The notes beneath the pieces were generated by a model. It worked only from the letters and a program-made list of their open reading frames with translations, had not been told where the DNA came from and made no database searches. Below, one piece after another: positions 56,976 through 64,000 of a DNA stretch of 64,000 nucleotides (position 1 is the stretch's first letter; every line of letters begins with the position of its first letter). Origin of the DNA: Candidatus Bathyarchaeota archaeon. GTDB taxonomy: Archaea > Thermoproteota > Bathyarchaeia > Bathyarchaeales > Bathycorpusculaceae. The translations under genes and the position numbers were made by a program. Location of the stretch: assembly GCA_963739305.1 (NCBI GenBank), contig CAVTZU010000011.1, positions 32,001-96,000 of the forward strand, written 5' to 3'.

Positions 56976-58917
56976 TTAAGTCTTTGCTTCAAACTTTGTC
57001 TTGAACGGTCTGTACGAAATTCCTTTTCCTATAAAGAATTTGGTGGAAAACTCGTAATACATCAGTCTCGTCGACTGTATGAAAGCTGCAAATCCCTCTA
57101 TCAGGAAGACGATGACGTTCATGATGAGAAGGCTGGGTATGTTTCCGATCGTTCCCCCGAAGACCGTTGCGGCGTAAGCCAATGCCCCGTGTGCAATAGC
57201 AAAAGCTGCCAAACGGATGTAAGAAACAGAGTTTGTCAAATAGGACAAGAAAATCTCAAACCCCTCGCCGAATCCCATCACTATTTGGTCAAAAAGCATG
57301 CCTTTCTTTCGTTCGATTCTCGATTCAATCAGAGGAAAGAAGAAGATCAGAACCAGAGCAGCCAACGCGATTACGGAGAAAACGATCGTGTCTTGTTGTA
57401 GGAAAACACTGAAATCCATTCTTCTTAGGTAAGTGACCGCGAGGACTATTCCTGTCAAGTAGAAAACTAATCCAGTGATCCCACGTCCGCTCAAGATTGC
57501 CAATGATAGTTCACGTCTTCTTAGTCTGTTGATAATATTCAGAATCAAACCTAAGGTTATCTGAACGGCGCCGAAGATGAGTGCAATAGTTATTATTTGA
57601 GAGAAATTCTGCAATGGGTTGAGGATTGACGTAGGCAATATTTCCATTAGGAAGAACTCGTTGTAAAGAAAACCGAAGAAGATGGCTGAAATGCCGCAGC
57701 AAATTATTATCTGTCCCAGCCTTCGCGTTGTATTCTGAGAGAAACTGAATAAGCCCGTCTTCTTGCGGGTCAACAGGTAACCCAAGAGCACGAAAATCGC
57801 CCCTTCACCCATGTCTCCAAACATTAATCCGAACATTGTGATGAAGAGGGCCGCGTAAATGGGGGTTGGATTCAGCTCAAAGTACCCTGGAGTACCTTGG
57901 ATGTTCACGAAGAGGGAAAAGGGTCCGAGAATGCCTCTGTTCTCAAAACGTGAAGGCACTTTGTCTTCGGATTTTGGGTCTTCAAGTTTCAAATAGACAT
58001 TTTCTCTGGGAACTATTCCTTCAATACCCTGTTTTAGGGCATTTACCTTGTTTAGTAGGGATCCATCCTTCAATCAGACTGTTTTTCTTGGTTCGAAGTA
58101 TGGAGTTCTTCGTTGTTTCTATTTGAAGAGTTCCAAAGGCACATGGCTCGTATGACTCGAATTTCTCCTTTGTTCTGAGCAGCTGGCTTGTAATGCTTTG
58201 AATTTCTTCTCTTTTTCGTTGTAAGGCTTTCTCTGTTTCGTCCAACGCTTTTTTAGGTTCCGGGCTTATGTTTTGCGGAAAGTTCAATTCTTGAAAGTTG
58301 AGCAACTTCAGGGTCGTTTCCATGAAAGGTTCATCTTCAACGGAACCAGTTATAGCAACAAAACTCTCTCTGTCCTTTCCTGGCTTTGTTGCATAGACAA
58401 TGCTGGTTCCTGCAGTGTATCCGTTCAGTCTGCTCAATCTGAGGTTATTTAGGAAGCCTGCCTTCACAAAAATGTGTTTGAAGTTTCCTATTGAGTCAAC
58501 CCTGAGCCCAGACGAATCAAGGAATTTCAGGTGCTCTTTCAGTTTTTGCAGATTGCCATTTTCAGTTTCTGCCGCATTCAATTTTTTAGTTATTTCGTCG
58601 AGTTCTTTCTCAATCTCCGTCATAAAGAGACTAATCTGCTCCAAGTTGGTTTGCGGTTCTTCCTCAGCACTTTGAAGAAGTTCTTCGGTTCTAACTTCCG
58701 GCAGAAGACTGTGGATTCTGTCACGAAGTCTAGTGAACCTTGTTTGGATTTCTGCTGAATCTCGCCTAGGGCCATGTTCTTCTACTGCCTCCCTTACGAA
58801 TTGAACCGTTCCGAGTTCACCGATTTTTCGAAGAGCCCCCTCTTCATATTCTGAGGGTACTGCCATCCAAAAGCGTTTCATCGGAGTTGCTCTTAACATA
58901 CTTTTTTTGACTCTCAA
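56976..58917 (-). pseudogene. A/V-type ATPase subunit I (a), split by a frameshift near 58051-58053
   Basis: N-terminal ORF ends after EGWIP; C-terminal ORF has FGLMFGDMGEG, SYIRLAA (essential Arg) and RLMYYEF; removing one A restores the frame. Confidence 0.85.
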
Positions 58918-59023
58918 TTTCAGTTTATGTGGTTATCAGCAGGTATTTCCTAATTTGTCATTCGGTCTGCGATTGTGGCGGGCGGAACGATTGAACACAA
59001 AGGGGCAAAGACGTTTGAAGGAG

Positions 59024-61438
59024 CTACACACTTGTCTTCTCTATTTCTTCTAACGTCGGAACCTTTCGCTTGCCACGGAATACCACGTATGCTATGACGA
59101 CCAAGGACACAGCACTGATCGCATAAGCGATCGTCTGCATGAGGCCACCTTCTCTTGCCACGAGTATAAGTAGCGGAGCAATGAGCAATGAGACCAAATT
59201 AACGACCTTGATCATTGGGTTCAGAGCGGGGCCGGCTGTGTCTTTAAGCGGGTCTCCCACGGTGTCTCCGATGACACTTGCTTTGTGGCGTTCTGAACCT
59301 TTGCCGAGGTTCTCCAGTGGGGCGCTTCTCTCGCTTTCTATCTCCTTCTTAGCGTTATCCCAGGCTCCTCCTGAGTTTGCCATGAACACGGCAAGCAACT
59401 GTCCGGTCACTATTACACCTGCTAGGAATCCGCCGAGGACGAGTTCGCCCATAAGGAAACCGATTACTATGGGCATCAGAACAGCTAGCAATGCTACGTT
59501 GATCAGTTCACTTTGTGCGGCATTCGTGCATATACGCACAACCTTCGCATAGTCTGGTTTAGTTGTGCCTTCCATGACGCCTGGGATTCGGAATTGTTTT
59601 CGTACTTCTTCTACGATGAGTGAGGCTGCTCTTTGAACGGCACGCAGCAACACTGAACTGAACAGAAATGGTAGAGCTCCGCCGATCAGTATGCCGATGA
59701 ACACGCGGGGGTCAGCAATGTCAAGCTTGATAGGAGTGGCCACGCCGAGAGTCTCCACGAAGGCGCTGAACAAGCTTACTGCAGCGATGACAGCTGAGGC
59801 GATAGCGATGCCCTTGGTAATAGCTTTAGTCGTGTTGCCTGTGGCGTCTAAATCAGCAAGTGTGGCCTGGCCTTCTGGACTTTGGAAATCTTCTTTGCAT
59901 ATCTCCGCAATACCGCTTGCATTGTCGGAAATCGGACCGAATGCGTCCATGGCCAAGTTGTTTCCGGTGTGTGAAAGCATTCCTATGCCGGTGAGCGCCA
60001 CGGAATAGAATATGAAAAGTGATTGATTGCTGTCAGGGACTTTGAAGCTACTGACGATTACTCCAAGCACCACTACGGCCATTGCTCCGAAGACCCCAAT
60101 TTCTATCTTTTTGCTTCGCCTAGCCAACAGATATCCTATTATTATGGCTGCTACTACTGCCCCTACTATTATCATAGGGCCCATCTGAACCGGTACGGTG
60201 AAAGAGTATATCGAAATTGCCAGGACGATTGACATGACGATTATCAGGAGAGCCCAAACCGTGCTTTCGTAACCTATGGCGATTCCGGATATTATTACGA
60301 TGGCTGCACCGGTTTTGGCGGACTTTACTATTTCCTTGACTGATCCTGTGTTTCGTTGAGTGAACGCTCCGGTGTATTTGTTGAAAGCTATGGCCAGCAA
60401 TATTCCGGTCGCTGTTGCCGCGAAAAGCCGCAAATCCTGAACATAGAAGTAGGCGATAAAGAAAAAGGCCGTCGTAGATATGATTGACGATAGGTCATAG
60501 GATAAATCCATCGCTCGAAATGCGTCACCTTTGGTTGGCCACCACCCGACTGCGTAAGTACCGATGATCGAGCTAAACACGCCGATAGCTCGAACTAGCA
60601 AGGGGAATATGATCCATTTCAGACTGTGAGTCGGATCAATTACCGATACGGCCAGACCCAAGATCAAGGCAGAAACCATCGTAACCTCATATGACTCGAA
60701 TACATCCTCAGCCATCCCGCTGAAGTCACCTACGTTATCACCGACTAGGTCAGCGATGACTGCTGCGTTACGTGGATCGTCCTCAGGAATGCCTTTCTCG
60801 ACTTTGCCAACCAGGTCCGCTCCGACGTCTGCGGCTTTGGTATAAATGCCACCTCCAACTCGCATAAACATGGCTAGTAGGGTACCACCGAAACCGAAAC
60901 CCAGTAACACTTCGGGGGCATGTGTGCCATACAAAATGAATATTGTCGTACCTCCAAGCAGTCCCAGCCCGTCGGCCAACATTCCAGCAATGGTCCCTGA
61001 TCGATAAGCAACGCGCAAGGCTCCTTGGAAGGAGCCAATCCGAGCTTGTTGGGCTACTCTGACGTTGGCTCGTGTTCCAATTATTCTGAGTCCAATCTGT
61101 CCTATCGCCAACGAGCAGGCAGCTCCAAACAGTAGCGCAATCCCACGTCCTATGTAGATTTCTACGGGTGATCTTGCAAAATAGGCCGTCAAAGCTAGGG
61201 CCAAAGCAAGAATGAACGCAATTGGGACAACTACTTCCATCTGGCGGTTAAGGTAAGCCACGGCTCCTTTGCGGATCGAGTTCGAAATATCCTGCATCTT
61301 GGGGGTGCCAGGGTCATATTTTAGCACCCTTCGAGACAACCAAAAAGCGTAGATAAGTGCGGCTATACCGGTGCCGAGGACAAGGAACAAAGCTGTTTGC
61401 TCAAACTGGGATATGCCGCTAGTCAGAATTGAGTCCAT
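59024..61438 (-). CDS. hppA: Membrane-bound H+-translocating pyrophosphatase, K+-independent type
   Basis: [23 protein letters not shown] (Lys marks K+-independence), [14 protein letters not shown]. Confidence 0.95.
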   Translation of the reverse strand: MDSILTSGISQFEQTALFLVLGTGIAALIYAFWLSRRVLKYDPGTPKMQDISNSIRKGAVAYLNRQMEVVVPIAFILALALALTAYFARSPVEIYIGRGIALLFGAACSLAIGQIGLRIIGTRANVRVAQQARIGSFQGALRVAYRSGTIAGMLADGLGLLGGTTIFILYGTHAPEVLLGFGFGGTLLAMFMRVGGGIYTKAADVGADLVGKVEKGIPEDDPRNAAVIADLVGDNVGDFSGMAEDVFESYEVTMVSALILGLAVSVIDPTHSLKWIIFPLLVRAIGVFSSIIGTYAVGWWPTKGDAFRAMDLSYDLSSIISTTAFFFIAYFYVQDLRLFAATATGILLAIAFNKYTGAFTQRNTGSVKEIVKSAKTGAAIVIISGIAIGYESTVWALLIIVMSIVLAISIYSFTVPVQMGPMIIVGAVVAAIIIGYLLARRSKKIEIGVFGAMAVVVLGVIVSSFKVPDSNQSLFIFYSVALTGIGMLSHTGNNLAMDAFGPISDNASGIAEICKEDFQSPEGQATLADLDATGNTTKAITKGIAIASAVIAAVSLFSAFVETLGVATPIKLDIADPRVFIGILIGGALPFLFSSVLLRAVQRAASLIVEEVRKQFRIPGVMEGTTKPDYAKVVRICTNAAQSELINVALLAVLMPIVIGFLMGELVLGGFLAGVIVTGQLLAVFMANSGGAWDNAKKEIESERSAPLENLGKGSERHKASVIGDTVGDPLKDTAGPALNPMIKVVNLVSLLIAPLLILVAREGGLMQTIAYAISAVSLVVIAYVVFRGKRKVPTLEEIEKTSV

Positions 61439-61663
61439 CTTATATGGCTCCTTTCACACCACTTGAATTGGTTCAAAATAAAAACTTTTTCCCAACTGGA
61501 ACTAGATTCAAATGTCCCTGAGGGGAATGGAAATCTTCCGCATATCCATTCTTTCTATCATATCAAAAGGCAGTTCGCTGACTGTTGGATAAACAAGAAA
61601 GCAGAATTTGCTTCATTGGTTCATTTCAAGAGAAATGTTGTGGTGTGCTTTCGTTGGACCAGT

Positions 61664-63151
61664 TTAGGCCAGAACTGAGGTTAAGAGACGGGTTATCAGG
61701 TCTGGGAAAATTCCGATGAGGAGTGATATGAAGGCTAGTGCGAAGAGCGGGGCAACCATGGAAATCGGTGCCTCTTTGACCTTATCCATTGACTGTGGGA
61801 GTTCTCCGAAGAACATTCTGACTGCCGGCCAGAAGGTGTAGGCGACGGTTAGAAAAGTCGCCAAAATCCCTATGACTGCCAGGGCTAAACCAAACGTGCC
61901 ACCGAGTATCCCTTGCTTGAAGACGCCTGTAAATAACATCCACTCCGCCTGAAAGCCACTGAGCGGAGGGATCGCAGAGAGAATCATGGAACCGAGAAGA
62001 CATACCGTTGCTGTCAGAGGCATTTTTCGTGCCAGCCCTCCCATCTTACTTATGCTTCTCGTTCCCGTTTGAGAAAGCATGATGCCTGCAACCGAGAAGA
62101 GAATACACTTGCCGAGCATGTGGCTTATGAAATAGTAAACACCGCCGACAACACCGATGGTTGTCATACTCGCGATTCCCAGGATTGAATAGGCGGTTTG
62201 GCTTATTGTCGAGCAGGCGTACAGTCGTTTGACATCATCTTGTGCCATCGTAAGAAATGCTCCGTAAATGATTGTGACAACCGCGAGAATCGACAGCGGA
62301 ATCTGGAACAATTGAAAAGTGGTGAGCATATTTCCGAAAAGCAGACGTGCAAACACGTAGTTTCCAAGACCGACAATTGTTGCAATGATCGCGGCGATTG
62401 ATGTTGGGTGTTCACCGTGAGCGTAGGGTAGCCAGACGTGGAAGCCGAAGGTTGCCATTTTGAATAGCCAACCGACGACCATGAACAAGCATACCCAGAG
62501 TCCAAGCGATGTATTGTCAATCAATGAGAGGGCAGTGATTTCAAAACTGCCCGTTCCGGCGTAGGCTAAGACGATTCCTATTAGAAAGAGTGCGGCTCCA
62601 ACGTGATTCCAGATGAAGTACATCATGGCGATGCGATGCCTGTCCACGTATCCAAAAAGATCAATCATTATGTAGGAAGGTATCAGCGCTAACTCCACGA
62701 AAAGGTACATTGCGATGAGGTTTGTGGAGAGCGCTACGCCGGTAAGGCCAACTGAGAACAAAAGGTAGATTGAGTAGTAGACTCTGTACATTCCTGTCGA
62801 TTCTTTTCCATACAACTCCTCTATTCTGTGCTGCATATAGCGGATCGAATAGACGGCGCATGCAGTGCAAACGAGGTTCATTACCAGGGCTACCGGCAGG
62901 CTTAAACCGTCTGCTCGGAATCCAAATTTCAGATTTGGAATAGTGGCGCTCCAATTGTACTGCTCAAAAACCTGCCCCCCGTTGTAGAATATGTCTAGAC
63001 CCGCGTACAATAGCAGAAGAGACGTGTACAGGAGGACGCCGAAAACGATCCAGCCTAGACGTTTACCTATGCGTTTTCCTAGAAGTGCTACGACTAATGA
63101 AGAGACAATTGGGACGATGATGACTTGGAGTAGCAGGTAAGGAATCTGCAT
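61664..63151 (-). CDS. NuoM/MrpD-like proton-translocating antiporter subunit
   Basis: About 14 TM; ADGLS, FVELALIPSY, FHVWLPYAH, GFQAEW. Confidence 0.88.
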   Translation of the reverse strand: MQIPYLLLQVIIVPIVSSLVVALLGKRIGKRLGWIVFGVLLYTSLLLLYAGLDIFYNGGQVFEQYNWSATIPNLKFGFRADGLSLPVALVMNLVCTACAVYSIRYMQHRIEELYGKESTGMYRVYYSIYLLFSVGLTGVALSTNLIAMYLFVELALIPSYIMIDLFGYVDRHRIAMMYFIWNHVGAALFLIGIVLAYAGTGSFEITALSLIDNTSLGLWVCLFMVVGWLFKMATFGFHVWLPYAHGEHPTSIAAIIATIVGLGNYVFARLLFGNMLTTFQLFQIPLSILAVVTIIYGAFLTMAQDDVKRLYACSTISQTAYSILGIASMTTIGVVGGVYYFISHMLGKCILFSVAGIMLSQTGTRSISKMGGLARKMPLTATVCLLGSMILSAIPPLSGFQAEWMLFTGVFKQGILGGTFGLALAVIGILATFLTVAYTFWPAVRMFFGELPQSMDKVKEAPISMVAPLFALAFISLLIGIFPDLITRLLTSVLA

Positions 63152-64000
63152 CTAGAAGACCCCCAGCCCGCGTAGGCCGATTAGTATGGCGGCGATGAGC
63201 AGGATGAAGTAAAGCAAGTTCACTGATAGTATCCCCGTCTGGATTTTCTTTGCGCTTCTGTGAACTCCGGCGAAGAATGCTGGGACTTCGACGTTGAGGA
63301 GGCGGTCAAGTGGGTTTTCGATGAAACGTACGGCTCCTTCTTTCATTGCGAGAGCGGTCTTCACGAATGCTGCGTTGTAGAAGGCTTCCATGTACCACCG
63401 GTTCCAGAGGAACCGATGTATCCGTCTAAGGCCCGTGTGCTTGGACAGGAGGCTTTCGGCGTCAGCTTTGTGGGATATGAAGAATCGGTAGGCAGGCACC
63501 ATGCCTATTGCTATCATTGCGATTGAGCTTAGCGCGATTGAAATCTCGAGAAACACAGTGTTTGACCCGATGTTCGTTGCGGTTGTATTGGCGATGTTGA
63601 CCAGCCCGAGAGAATCTGTTACATATCTCTTGAAGACGTCGGTTAGGAACTCGTTGACCCAGGGTCCTGCCAGTCCGATCGCGACAGTGAGCGCCGACAA
63701 TATGCCGAGTGGTGCAAGCATCAGGTTGCTGGTTTCTTTCTTGTGTTCCGCATTTGTTTCTTCTGGTTGTTTCTTGTTGAAGATCATACCCATGATTCGC
63801 ACGGCGTAGAGTGATGTCAATATGACTGTTATCAGGCTCACGGCAAACAGGCCGTACTGGCCGCTTTGCCAGCAGGTCAGGAGGACTGCGTCTTTGCTCC
63901 AGAAGCCGGAGAGAGGGGGGAAGCCTATTAGTGAGAGAGCTGCGATCCACATGAAAAGCCAGGTCAGGTTCATTTTTCGGCGTGATAGTTTCATGTCGGG
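63152..64000 (-). CDS. NuoL/MrpA-like subunit, C-terminal part (5' end beyond window)
   Basis: LIGFPPLSGFWSKD, LWNRWYMEAFY, IQTG. Confidence 0.85.
   Translation of the reverse strand, partial: PDMKLSRRKMNLTWLFMWIAALSLIGFPPLSGFWSKDAVLLTCWQSGQYGLFAVSLITVILTSLYAVRIMGMIFNKKQPEETNAEHKKETSNLMLAPLGILSALTVAIGLAGPWVNEFLTDVFKRYVTDSLGLVNIANTTATNIGSNTVFLEISIALSSIAMIAIGMVPAYRFFISHKADAESLLSKHTGLRRIHRFLWNRWYMEAFYNAAFVKTALAMKEGAVRFIENPLDRLLNVEVPAFFAGVHRSAKKIQTGILSVNLLYFILLIAAILIGLRGLGVF

Noticed and set aside
1-64000. CRISPR array, rRNA, transposase or integrase genes
   Set aside because: No regularly spaced 25-40-bp repeats, rRNA-like sequence or recombinase motifs were seen.

Overview
Core-genome window of an archaeal chromosome. 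Gene content (PolD, Elf1, Sec61-beta, S6e/S24e/S27ae, Pus10) and protein style suggest Bathyarchaeia (TACK); this taxonomic call is inference. Housekeeping content: S6e-eIF2g-PIN-RpoE'-Spt4-S24e-S27ae cluster, L3-L4-L23-L2-S19 operon, ahcY, intron-containing tRNA-Ser(CGA), PolD small and large subunits, cdc6/orc1 next to a replication origin with inverted ORBs (~22.0-22.8 kb), nadE, GGGPS, glyA, a four-subunit 2-oxoacid:ferredoxin oxidoreductase, nob1-nadK, eIF5A and srp54-pus10-L21e-rpoF-rsmA. Three regions are not explained by standard annotation. (1) Beside oriC sit three uncharacterised HTH-type genes, one membrane-anchored with a coiled coil, among dense and partly 10-bp-phased GTGA/TCAC arrays; this is a candidate origin-tethering or segregation module. 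(2) A 4.6-kb island lies between nadK and eIF5A, bounded by a 28-bp direct repeat of their shared promoter. Its genes and fragments (including an extra TBP and an OB-fold protein) are punctuated by (GC)n runs, and no recombinase is visible. (3) An A/V-ATPase membrane-sector set (C, K, frameshifted I) has no adjacent catalytic subunits and sits next to a K+-independent H+-PPase and NuoM/NuoL-like antiporter subunits. All calls come from reading motifs by eye; no searches were run.
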